DNA of 64,000 bases, taken from assembly GCA_964016885.1 (NCBI GenBank), contig OZ024745.1:117118001-117182000 (forward strand), given 5' to 3'. This document shows, piece after piece, positions 52,520-64,000 of the stretch; positions within the stretch are counted from its first letter, which is position 1, and each line of letters opens with the position of its first letter. The stretch comes from Eledone cirrhosa (Eukaryota). The position numbers were made by a program, and so were the translations under genes. The notes beneath the pieces are model-generated. The model had not been told where the DNA came from, did not search any database, and saw only the letters and a list, made by a program, of their open reading frames with translations.

Positions 52520-53158
52520 CTAGCTAAAGTACCCATCCTTTGGATTGTTCAAGTAGCTTTCGATGTAGCTCATTAAACTAAACAAAGTAAATAAACTAAA
52601 CAAAGTAAATACATAGAAGAAACGCGTACTTTATGTAAACATGAAAACCTTAGGCACTATTCCAGCAAAATAATTAATGTGAGCTCGGTGTCATCCATTA
52701 TCCCATGTAACAGAAATCCAGTCTAGGTATAAATTTTTTTGACAACAATAAAACCTTTTGTTTCAAGTACAAAGAGTAAAGTAAAATCCGAATGAGCCGA
52801 ATTGTAATAATCAAAATCAGCAAACAAAATTTTTGACATCAAAAATGAGTTCCTATTGTATTGACGAAAGATAACTCTTGTCTTACTTAATCACAAAATA
52901 TTGACGAAAGATAACTCTTGTTTAATTAAACTGGTGAATATTAATCACGAAAATTGACACAAATAAGCAAAACTTTTTTAATGTCTCCAAAGGCCCCAAT
53001 ATCGATTTTTGAAAGCCTTTGTAGATCATGTACAGGTTTTGTGCAAGGAGAAGCTCTGTAAAAATTTTCAAAGAAATCGCATGAATGGTTTAGAATATAT
53101 GAGCCCACATTAAAAATTGTCTACACACACAGAAAACTAGATTTTTATATATATACAG

Positions 53159-53159
<1 letters not shown>
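52520..53159 (-). mobile_element. Non-autonomous Helitron
   Basis: Minus strand A|TCtgtatatatataaaa ... atccaaaggat hairpin ... CTAG|T, with no TSD. Confidence 0.7.
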
Positions 53160-53202
<43 letters not shown>

Positions 53203-54635
53203 GGAGGGGCAGATAGGGCCCCTGAGTTCAGTAAGACGACCTCTGTAGTGCTGGTGGCATGAATAAAAGCACCCAGTTCATGCTGTAAAATGGAGGGATG
53301 GTTAGGGCTCCTGAGTCCAGTAAGACGATCTCTGTGGTGCTGGTGGCACGAATAAAAGCACCTAGTCCATGCTGTAAAATGGAAGGGTAAAGAGGGCCCC
53401 TGAGTCCAGTAAGACAACCTCTCTAATGCTCGTGGCACGAATAAAAGCACCCAGTCCATGCTGTAAAGTGGTGCTGGTGTTAGGAAGAGCATCCAACCAG
53501 TATAATAAAAAGCCAAAATTATGAGCACAACTGCGTAAACAGCAACAACACTAACCATGTTAGGGCTGCGCATGGGAGTGGGGTGGCTGGTGTGGCCATG
53601 TGCGAGAACCCCTCCCCCCAACCGTCATCAAGCAATCGCACAAAAACAACTGCGTAAACAGCAATAACACTAACCATGTTATGGCTGTGCACGGTAGTGG
53701 GGTGGCTAGTGAGGCCATGTGTGAGAACCCCCACAACTGTCATCAAGCAATCGCACAACAGGAAAAAGAACGGGACATGGCATCTCAGAGTTGCCACACT
53801 TAATGTTGGCACTCTAACAGGTAGATCTGGTGAGATTGCAGAGATGCTGGAGAGAAAGCATGTGGATGTGTGCTGTATGCAAGAGGTGAGATGGAGAGGT
53901 GCCTCTGCAAGACTAATCGCAGGCAAACATCGTAGTTATAAGCTTTTCTGGGTGAGTAATGATGATGGGTTAGGTGGGGTGGGCATATTACTGGCTGAGA
54001 GATGGATCAATAAGACGATAGAGGTAGTTAGTTAGTGATAGAATAATTAAGCTTAGGTTAGTTGTAGACAAGAGACTGCTGACAATCATCTCTCCCTATG
54101 CTCCCCAGGCAGGCCTAGGTAAAGAAGAGAAAGATGGCTTTTACAAGTAACTTTTACAGACAGCCTCAATGACAGAGGACAGAGACATCGTTATGCTAGC
54201 AGGGGACTTCAATGGACATGTTGGACAGCTCCAGGATGGATACACTGGGGTACATGGTGGGTACGGTTACGGCTCAAGAAATAAAGGAGTGAGGCTTCTT
54301 GAATTTTGTGATGCAAATGCACTAACCATTTGCAACACTAACTTCCAGAAGCCTACCAACCACCTAATAACCTACAAATCAGGCGAGCACATAAGCCAGA
54401 TTGACTTCCTGCTAGTTAGACAGCAAGAGAGATGGATGGTGTCAAATACTAAGGCTTACCCTAGGTTAGTCATTAGTGACATCTCAGTAAGCAAGATAAA
54501 GAATGAGACATACAGGAAGGTGTGGAAAAGAAAGGTCTGGAAGCTAAAAGACCTTTCATTAAAATATAAATTTAGCAAAGCCCTTCAAGATGCGTACGAC
54601 GAAAAAGAAGACGATTTAGAGTTGTATGACAGAGA
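53203..54635 (+). mobile_element. 5' part of an RTE LINE (repetitive 5' UTR + APE domain), 3'-truncated
   Basis: LRVATLNVGTLTGR, VCCMQEVRWRG, LAGDFNGHVG, SQIDFLL; UTR with three ~90-bp and two ~120-bp repeats. Confidence 0.9.
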
Positions 54636-54734
54636 TGATATCTGTATCTGGTCAGAGGTCTCTCACCTCTTTCTGTTCAAATCAGCTGTAACTAGCCACT
54701 CATACTAACGTTAAGGTATTGTTCTCAAAATAAT

Positions 54735-54922
54735 TGTTTCTACTTTTGGCACAAGGCCAGCAATTATCCCAGTGTATTACTGGTACTTTATTTTATCGAC
54801 CCTGTAAGGATGAAAGGCAAAGTTAACCTTGGCGGGATTTGAAATCAGACCGTAAAGGGCCGTAACTCTATGCTGCAAAGCATGGCGTCCGACACTCTAC
54901 TGATACTGCCAATCCACCGCCC
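54735..54922 (-). mobile_element. Full-length family A SINE inside a piggyBac-MITE remnant
   Basis: 18-bp TSD tattgttctcaaaataat (54717-54734, 54923-54940). Confidence 0.9.
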
Positions 54923-55019
54923 TATTGTTCTCAAAATAATAAAATCTCATAGATTCAATATTATGTGAGATAATTATCTGAGGTGAAGCCTTTTCCGTGT
55001 AAATATAAGAGTAAACACT

Positions 55020-55852
55020 CTAACACTCCCTTCAGCAGGCCCTGTCAGAAACAACCATCTCCAATTGATCTGGGTTGATCCCCATACTAGACAAGCCAAG
55101 CTCATGGATGTTATCCAACAATCTTGTTCTGTCCAGCAATTCTTTCCTGAGACATTCTAAGCACATGCCTATAGTATCAGAGCTGTGATCTCTGTTTGGA
55201 AGAGTGGTGGCTCTATTTAGAGCGACTGATCTCCGAGCTACACACTCTATCAAGTAATGTTACTCCAAAGACCCTTCAGAGGAACCCAATCTCGGCCGCT
55301 TGTATTTGCAATCATATTCTTTTGGTCATTACCCAAGGTAAGGGTTGACACATATACTGAATTGAAGATAGCGAGTTTGGCTTTTACACCTACCTCCCTT
55401 CTTCTGATTATTGAATGCTGAAGCTGATGCATTACTGCACCAGCTCCTGCAATTCTTGCACTTAATTTAGCCTCCTGCCTTCCATCACTCTGGAACTTCT
55501 CTACCTGCTTCAGTGGAACTCCATTTACATGTAGCATGCATTAAGCAGGTTTCCTTGAGAGGAAGAGTGTTTTCACAGCACTGATTTTCATTCCAGCCAT
55601 GCAGCACTCAGCATCAAACCTATCAAGTGCAAGTTGGAGATCACCTTCTGTCGAGTTGAGTAACATCATGCCATCTGCAAATTCCAGCCGACTGATTTTA
55701 CATCTGCCAGTTGTGATACCACTTCCAATCTGACTGTCATGTCAATCTTGTTCATGTAAATAATGAACAGGAGAGGTGACAGTATGCACCCTTGGCAGAG
55801 TCCAACTCCCACATTAAATGGTTTTGATTTAGCACCATTTATCTGAACACAA
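55020..55852 (-). mobile_element. RTE (Expander-like) RT 3' fragment
   Basis: VGLCQGCILSPLLFIIYM, VNGVPLKQVEKF, KAKLAIFNSVYV. Confidence 0.85.
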
Positions 55853-55854
55853 AT

Positions 55855-56470
55855 CCCTCTCTCTTCTCCTCTATCCCTCTCTTCTCTCTCTTTCACCCCT
55901 CTCTTCTCTCTCGCCCCTCTCTCTTCTCTCTCCCTCTCTTGCCTCTCTCTTCTCTCTCCCTCTCTTGCCTCTCTCTTCTCTCTCCCTCTCTTGCCTCTCT
56001 CTTCTCTCTCCCTCTCTTGCCTCTCTCTCCCTCTCTTGCCTCTCTCTTCTCTCTCCCTCTCTTGCCTCTCTCCCTCTCTTGCCTCTCTTGCCTCTCTCCC
56101 TCTCTTGCCTATCTCTTCTCTCTCCCTCTCTTGCCTATCTCTTCTCTCTCCCTCTCTTGCCTATCTCTTCTCTCTCCCTCTCTTGCCTATCTCTTCTCTC
56201 TCCCTCTCACCTGTCTCTCCCTCTTGCCTCTCTTCTCTCTCCCTCTTGCCTCTCTTCTCTCTCCCTCTTGCCTCTCTTCTCTCTCCCTCTTGCCTCTCTT
56301 CTTTCTCCCTCTCGCCTTTCTTCTCTCTCGCCTCTCTTCTCTCTCGCCTCTCTTCTCTCTCCCTCTCTTGCCTCATCTCTCTCCCTCTCTTGCCTCTCTC
56401 TTCTCTCTCCCTCTCTTTCCTCTCCCTTCTCTTGCCTCTCTCTTTCGCTCCTCTCTCCCTCTCTCTTGCT
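55855..56470. repeat. CT-rich minisatellite (units like cttgcctctcttctctctccctct)
   Basis: Direct inspection. Confidence 0.95.
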
Positions 56471-56789
56471 TTCACAGTATTAAATATTTCTAAATAGAAA
56501 TACTAGTTTGTTGTAGGTGTTATAGTATTTCAAGTCATAAGGTCAAACTAATTGTATCTTAGTTTTCCTGCTGCTTTTAGCATTTATCAACTAATGAGCT
56601 TGTCATTCAACTGCCACTCTAAATACTGGAATTGTTGATAATTGGTAAATAAAATAAGCTATAACGGTATGAAATATTACCTTATTATCCTGAAAATATG
56701 TCTTCTTATATCTTGTTTGTGGTGTTGTGTTAAAGTTATGTATGTGAGACTAATTTCTTGACTGTGTCAGTAGTGAAACTAATTCTGCT

Positions 56790-57337
56790 GTATCAGTCAA
56801 CTAAGATAACTGGGTAGTGATGTTGTACTTGGGGGAGATGATAGCTGCTAAAATTGTATAGAATATCAGATTGAAAGGGAGCAGGAGCTTCCTTTTCTTG
56901 TACAATTCTTATTTGAGAATTCTGAGTTGAAGAGTTGAAGATGATCTTATTCTTTTGGGGATGTTTTACAGAGTAAAACCAAAAACTTTTGTCCATTCAT
57001 GTTAAGATCTATGGTAGACAATATTACAGGCAAGATTAAGGAGTTTGTTAGCCAACACCAGGATTGATTTATATTCTTTATATTTCATCTCTGACTTTGA
57101 GAGAGATATATGCCAGCCTCCCACACATATCTGTTGTTGTATGTAAAAGGAGAGTAAGATTTGCTGGCCACTGCCATCATGCCACCTATGAGGCTTGGAA
57201 ACCACAAGCAGTCACTAATAACAGATGGCGCAAGCTCTCCTATCCCGATGTCATCTCCAGGACTTGGCAACAGCAATGAACGACAGACCCACGTGGAGAT
57301 CAATTGTTGAGTCCATTTCAGCTGAGGATGATGATGA
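56790..57337 (+). mobile_element. Degraded RTE-type LINE 3' end
   Basis: RVRFAGHCHHA..WKP..RKLSYPDVISR; gatgatgatga tail. Confidence 0.65.
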
Positions 57338-60300
57338 AATATTATGGTGTTGGTCTTGTAAAATAAGTCTGAAAGTGCTGAAGTTTGACATTAATTTCTT
57401 TTGAAGAATTCCATAAGAGTTCAACTAGTGTTAATTGAAGTGTAGAATAGCTATTGAATTTGCTCATCAAAAACTTGATTTAATAAATGATGGCTTTATG
57501 GTTAGCTTGATGTGGGTGACTGACATCAATGTTTTTATTTCTAAATAACAAAAGTGTTATTGACAATGTTTAGGAATCCTATTACACATAAAAATTATTT
57601 CACCATTTACTCTTCTTTGTGTACAGTTTTAACGATTTTATATCACAATCATTATTAACATTATTACTGATTAATTTATTTCTATTTCATATCTTCATGT
57701 TCATATTGGGATATATTGATATTATTGATGGGAATCATTTGTTATCACTGAAGATATTTACCTCATGATATCAATGTGGAGAGGACTGTGAGGGAGTCTA
57801 GTCTGGGGCTGAAACATACGTTCTCTGGTGAAAGGAAACAATATAGAGTCCCCTGCTCAGACACACAGGAATCCATGCAGCAAGTAGCAACTAGATCTGA
57901 TATATTCAGTTAAATATAATTTTAACTATTTTCTCATCATTTTTGTTAGATTCATATTTCTGCATTTTCTGCATTTTTCTTTTTTTTCAATTAGTGGTTT
58001 TATTCAACTTCTAGTTCATAATATTACACTGGGAGACGAGCAAATAAAGACATCATTACCATCATGTTCATCATCATCACCATCATCATCATCTTCACCA
58101 TCATCGTCATTATGTTCATCACCATGTTCACCACCATCCCACCACCACCACCAACACCCCACTGCCACCAACACCCCACCACTATCAACACCCCACCACT
58201 ATCAACACCCCACCACCATTATATATGCTACATAAAACAACCAGTTTCTTCCCATAAACAAATCTGAAACAAATTTATTGAACATTTTTTTACTTTGCCA
58301 AAAAAGTTGTGTGTGTGCGCGCTCACCTCTGAAACTCCTTTCTCTTTTTTCTTTTCTCCCTCCCATCTTTCTTTCTCTATTTCCCATCACTCTCACTCTC
58401 TCCCATCACTCTCTCTCTCTCCCATCACTCTCTCTCTCTCTCCCATCACTCTCTCTCTCTCTCCCATCACTCTCTCTCTCTCCCATCACTCTCTCTCCCT
58501 TCAGTTACTCCCCCCTCTCCTGTTATATTTAACCTTACATACAAAGTATTTTCTAGTTACCAACTTCTCATCAAACAAGTCATTTTACTAGGAAGGTTTT
58601 TGTTTTTCCTTTCATTTTGCTGATAATTTCTCTTGTCTTTCTCATTTATAGCCATAAATATTCTAGTCTTTCTGCAACTTAGTTTTATTTGATGAAAAAA
58701 CCCCAGCTGACAGCTGCATCATTGTTCATTAGTGTTAAGGCTAATAAAGAATTTGCAATAACTCTTTTGTATCTCCTTCATTAAAAGAAAATAGATTCTA
58801 ATAAAATCATTTACTTCTTAGACATTTTTACAGCCCATTTTTTTTTTCAGTCATTGATCCACCACATTCAAATGAACTATAAATCTCGTACATTAGTCCT
58901 CTTTTGTTTTTGGTTGTATCCAGTCACTAAAAAGCACTTATCAATATTTTACATCTGCTTTCTATGCTGGTATTTGTTAGATCACTTGTGATGATCTGAG
59001 TTCATTTTTATTCAGTTAGTCTTCTGGCTCATCTAAGAGATCAGTATGTCTCGCTCATTTGTTCCATTTTTTGTTTTACATGGTTTCTTTGACTAAACAC
59101 CCTTCTTAACATCAAACATTTTACAGTCTATAGAGTACATTTTCTCGTGTTATGGCACTATAGAGGCTGCCGTATCCTTGGAAGGACCAAAAGGTCTGCT
59201 CAATGGTCTTATCTCTTTTTGTGGCATGAGAATTAGTGAGGTTTCTATATACTCTGAAAAACTAATTACTCTTACATCATTTCCTTCAAAGCAGCATGGC
59301 TAATATGGTAAATAAAAGAGGTAGCAATGACAGAAGTTTGACCGTGAAACAAGCAAAAGTGTGATCAGAAAAACCAAGTTATTGTAAAGGAGTAAGTGAT
59401 GGAAAAGAGGTTATGATGGCAGCTACATGTTGGTAAAAGAGAGTAATGGAGTAGTAGGCGCTGTTATAAAGCTAGTGTCTAAATTCTAATAGTGTTATGT
59501 TTATGTATACAGACAAAAACATTAAAAGGATAAGAATAACTTGTGTGATTTGGTAGAGATGTTCTTTTAATTACTAAATATATGTGAATAATGCTACCTC
59601 TTGTCACTTTAAACGGTATTGCCTTTGTGACAGATGAGCTAGAAAGTTAATTATTAAAATCATTAACTCTTAATCGGGAGAGAAAGAGAATACTTTATTT
59701 TCCATTGTAACTCTCCTGAAACTGATACACTTCACTTCCTCTAAACTTGTCTTTTGTTTTTGCCATTTAACAAAGAAAATCTCAACAAAAAAACCATATG
59801 GAGGAAACATTACCCAAAGATACTATCCCATAGCTTTGTTCAGACTGAGATATACAACATAAGTGTTTAGTCACAAGACGTAAGATGCAGTTCTTGTTTC
59901 CAAGACAAATCTATGAAAATCCCATGTCTTCTGTGATCTCACCCAGGGAGAACCTGTGTTTTATTCCAAAGCCTACATTTAAGTGGAGCACTTTTATTTA
60001 TTACCGTTTTTCACTGAATATTTCTCTCATTTCAGTCCATTAACTGTTCCTCTACTTGATTCTCAAAACTGTTACAGCCAGTAACTATGTGAATTGTTTA
60101 CATTCTTATCTCATTAATACTTCGTTAACATTATTGTCTTTACTTGGCTCCTCCTAATACAGAGATGAATCCGAAGAGTTGGAAAAGTGACGAACCAATT
60201 GTCTCCTGGATTTTGTTGTTGTTCTTGGTAAATTCCTAATTATTCCACAGTAATCCTTGCAGCTGTGTAGGTACTCTGCTTTTTCCTTCCTTGCTAGAGC

Positions 60301-60637
60301 AGTGGCATTTCTTATTTTCTCTTTCTTTCCTTTTACTGCTTTGTTTTTTTAATTTTTATTTTTATTTTATTTTTTAGTGAATAAATTATTTTTCATTCTC
60401 ATATTTAAAATTTTGTAGAATGAAAACACATATTTAGATATATTATATATGAAGTAAATTAAAAAGAGCAGATAGCATTCGTTGAAAAAAGACCTCAATA
60501 CAGACGTAAAATCTGAATATTTTATTGCACAGAAATACAAACTATGACTTCAAAGATTCACCAAAAATAGCTTGGCAGATTGTCTGTCAAGTGCTTCTTG
60601 GTGAAACTTCGAAGTTACAGTCACTATATTTCTGCCT

Positions 60638-60668
<31 letters not shown>

Positions 60669-61260
60669 ATGTTTTAAATATTGCTACTGCAACCTTTTGA
60701 ATACAGTATTTCAAATTAATCAGTTTCTTCTATTTCAAAATATTAGATTAACAATGTCTTTCGAAGAAATTGCTTGTCAACTTCTAAATTTTGAAATAAT
60801 CATTAGAATTATAGAAATATGATGGCTGTGCTTCAGCAAATTTTCAGCTTGCTTCCTTTGTAAAATTATAATACTGAGACTTGCAATCATCTTTAAAGAC
60901 TCTATGCTTAAAAAATTTCTTTTTAATCTTTTGCTGGATTTCAAAGGGCCCCCTATCCATTTATTTTTTCTTAAATTAATTTCTTTTTTGTAAGCATTCA
61001 TTGCAAAAATGCGTGTTTACTCAGCTCTACAATTATCAGAGAATCACTATCTAATGGAAATGTTAAAGAGAAACCACTGTAAACATGCCTGAAAGAAGCA
61101 CATAGTCCAAATAGTATTTAAATTCTTCATTTAACAATGTTTAACCATTGCTTTATAATGAATATCACAGAAAACTGTTAACTATCTCATAGGTCTTTGT
61201 TTACTTTGATTTTTATGTTAAATTTATTAGCAGAAGTGTGTGTGTATGTATGTATGTTAT

Positions 61261-61866
61261 GTCGGTCACTCTTGAGTGCTACTGGTAACATGTAACCCAG
61301 TACAACCTGTCGCATGGTCGGGTCGTCAGCGACTAAACCGGCAACCCCACCAAGTTTACTTGGTGAGGAGGGTGATTTTGGACACCCTGCAGGACAAAGA
61401 AAAAACCTGACAAAGGGCGGAAGAACTCATAAGTGTCAACAGCCATCCAAAAGTGTGTAAATATGTATATACACATGTATGTATATGTGGGGGGGGGGGT
61501 GTATGTATATGCGCGGGGGACATAGAAATAGTTGGGCTAAACACCCGATCGCGCGGTTAAACCACTGGGAGTGAAGGACCCCTAACCTTTGTCAGGGCAT
61601 TCTTCTAGGAGAAGGCAACTCAGGAAACTGGGATAACCCCAATATAAAACCTGCGGCTCAGTAGTTACCGATGATGTTGATCTTTTCTTCTTTTCGGGTT
61701 ATAGCTACTGTCGCTCGGGGAGTGGGGTTGGCTCAGTGCACAGTCTTTCCTCACTTTAAAAAATATCTTCATGCACAGGCATTGCACGATAGAATTAATT
61801 GATAATTATTAATAATGGTATATCATGCAATGGCCATACTCGATAACGAGGGGGCAGCCATCATCA
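61261..61866 (+). mobile_element. (TATG)n-flanked non-autonomous retroelement
   Basis: Colinear with 22160-23075. Confidence 0.8.
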
Positions 61867-61904
61867 TGTATGTATGTATGTATGTATACCGACATATGTA
61901 TGTA

Positions 61905-62125
61905 TATGATGCTCACCGACATCCAGAGTTGACAGTGCACTCAGTGCTCCTGTGGGAGCCCCTACATGGACACACTAGAAAAGGAAGACCAAGGTTAACG
62001 TATGTTGATGCCCTAAGGACAGACACTGGTCTGTTTGAGACGCAGGACATGGCAGTGATAATGAGGGACAGAAACCGCTGGAGAGAACTCGTCCATGGAT
62101 CTCGGGAATTTTACCCGCCATAGAT
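61905..62125 (+). mobile_element. RTE-type LINE 3' coding fragment
   Basis: HRHPELTVHSVLLWEPLHGHTRKGRPRLTYVDALRTDTG..MRDRNRWR. Confidence 0.75.
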
Positions 62126-62157
62126 AGAGGTGTGTGTGTGTGTGTGTGTGTGTGTGC

Positions 62158-62190
<33 letters not shown>

Positions 62191-62217
62191 TATATGTGTG
62201 TGTATATATGTGTATGT

Positions 62218-62823
62218 GAGGTCACCAGTTGGTGCTACTGGTAACATGTATCCCAGTTCAACCTGTCTCATGGTCGGGTCGTTGGCGACTAAACTGGCAA
62301 CCCCACCAAGGTTTCTTGGTGAGGAGGGTGATTTTGGACATCCTGCGGGACTAAAAACAAAACCTGTCAAAGGGCAAAGGAGCTCTTAAGAGTCAATGGC
62401 CATCCAAAATCACCGGGAGAGATGACCCCTTAGTCTTTGTCAAGGCAGAATTCTAGGAGAAGGAAAACTCTGATATAACACCTGCAACCCTGATGGTATC
62501 CAATGATGTTGACTTGGTCTTCTTTTTGGTAAATATCATCTTGGTTAAGAGAGTGGGACTGGCTTTGTGCAGTGCCTTTGCTCACTATAAAAGCTTCACG
62601 GCACAGGCATTGCTTTATATCTGGAGATCTCTCTGCACTTGTCGTCACATGGTACCATGGGCCCAGCACTGTGTCAATAATTGTCACAAGTGTAGTGTTT
62701 GTACCAGAGTTTTCAAGTCGCTGGCTGGACTAAAAAGTCACACTCGTTCAGCGCATCAGTAGGGGTTCTCTTACATGGATATAAAGTAGTGGCCGTACTC
62801 GAAAACGAGTTGGCAGCCACCAT
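62218..62823 (+). mobile_element. Diverged relative of the TATG-flanked element, retaining a C2H2 zinc-finger remnant
   Basis: Same 5' hairpin series; [22 protein letters not shown] at ~62690-62762; ends ggcagccac before (TATG)n. Confidence 0.75.
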
Positions 62824-62917
62824 ATGTATGTATGTATGTATGTGTATATAATATATATATGTGTATATAATATATATATGTGTGTATGTATGTATGTGTA
62901 TATAATATATATGTGTG

Positions 62918-62949
<32 letters not shown>

Positions 62950-63021
62950 TGTATGTATATGTATGTATATATATGTATGTATATGTATGTATATATATGT
63001 ATGTATATGTATGTATGTATG

Positions 63022-63053
<32 letters not shown>

Positions 63054-63370
63054 TGTATGTGTATGTATGTATGTGTATGTGTGTATGTATGTGTATGTAT
63101 GTATGTGTATGTATGTGTATGTATGTATATGTATGTGTATGTATGTATATGTATGTGTATGTATGTATGTGTATGTATGTATATGTATGTGTATGTATGT
63201 ATATGTATGTGTATGTATGTGTATGTATATGTATGTATATGTATGTGTATGTATGTATATGTATGTGTATGTATGTGTATGTATGTATATGTATGTATAT
63301 GTATGTATATGTATGTATATGTATGTATATGTATGTATATGTATGTATATGTGTGTGTGTGTGTATATAT
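62823..63370. repeat. (TATG)n/(TG)n compound microsatellite
   Basis: Direct inspection. Confidence 0.95.
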
Positions 63371-63524
63371 AATGCTAGCATGGAAGATAGATGTTAAACG
63401 AGGATGATGATGATATTAATGTGTAATCTGGTTTAGTTTCAAATATAACATTGGGGAAATATTAAGTTTCCAAGTAGTATAAATATGGTTATCTTATTCA
63501 ACTGGAAATGTTTTCTTTATTGCT

Positions 63525-63597
63525 TACTCTCACTCTCTCTCTCTCTCTGTCTCTCTCTCTCTGTCTCTGTCTCTGTCTCTCTTTCTCTCTTTCTATC

Positions 63598-63652
<55 letters not shown>

Positions 63653-63710
63653 TTCTCTATCTTTCTCTCTCTCTTTCTCTCTTTCTCTATCTCTCTCTCT
63701 CTCTCTCTGC
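63525..63710. repeat. (CT)n microsatellite
   Basis: Direct inspection. Confidence 0.9.
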
Positions 63711-64000
63711 TCTAACATTCATCCACATTCTGTCTTCCCTAATCTCTCTTACACTAAAATTATAAATATCTTATTGAGAGCTTTATAGTTGGGGGGCTTT
63801 TTTTTTAATAATCTATCATGCATATTTTAGAAATCATGTGACATATTACAAAAAAATTGATATGGGATATTTTTTCCATGTCAAAGTAGTAAATTTTTTT
63901 TTTTTTTTTCTTCTATTGGTAAGCCTTTTCCAACAACAATATGCTGTTAATCTAAGCAATAGCTATAATTGTAGATTTGTTATTTTTTTTTAATTCTGCT

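Noticed and set aside
55939-56497. Ser/Leu/Pro-rich and Arg/Glu-rich ORFs
   Set aside because: CT-rich minisatellite with no domain signal.
62713-63765. MYVC/HTYI and LS repeat ORFs
   Set aside because: (TATG)n and (CT)n microsatellites.
48569-64000. SH3-domain exons of endophilin-B
   Set aside because: No ARVLYDYDA / WLMGERG-like coding sequence was found by eye; they presumably lie downstream of the window.

Overview
AT-rich, repeat-dense eukaryotic DNA. The SINE/RTE repertoire and microsatellites point to a coleoid cephalopod (octopus-like); this is inference. The window lies inside one large + strand gene, endophilin-B (SH3GLB1/Bif-1). Four N-BAR-domain exons are clear: 14145-14278, 14982-15074, 32316-32405 and 48468-48568. 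The 5' exons and SH3 exons lie outside the window or were not recognised. The 17-kb intron at the BAR tip holds a clean 18-nt microexon (DDAVAK), a 33-nt in-frame candidate exon, a 55-nt near-in-frame candidate and an AG|GT ratchet-like site. The intron after the BAR domain holds stop-containing candidate exons and a second AG|GT site. The rest is transposon-derived: RTE LINEs (one near full length, with a PHD finger in the ORF and a nested hAT), CR1, Vingi/Ingi and CRE remnants, a dead mariner, MULE/piggyBac/hAT/pogo MITEs, a Helitron, tRNA-SINEs and satellites. A minimal Penelope-type hammerhead ribozyme fold lies on the minus strand. Most ORF-track entries are spurious microsatellite or antisense frames.
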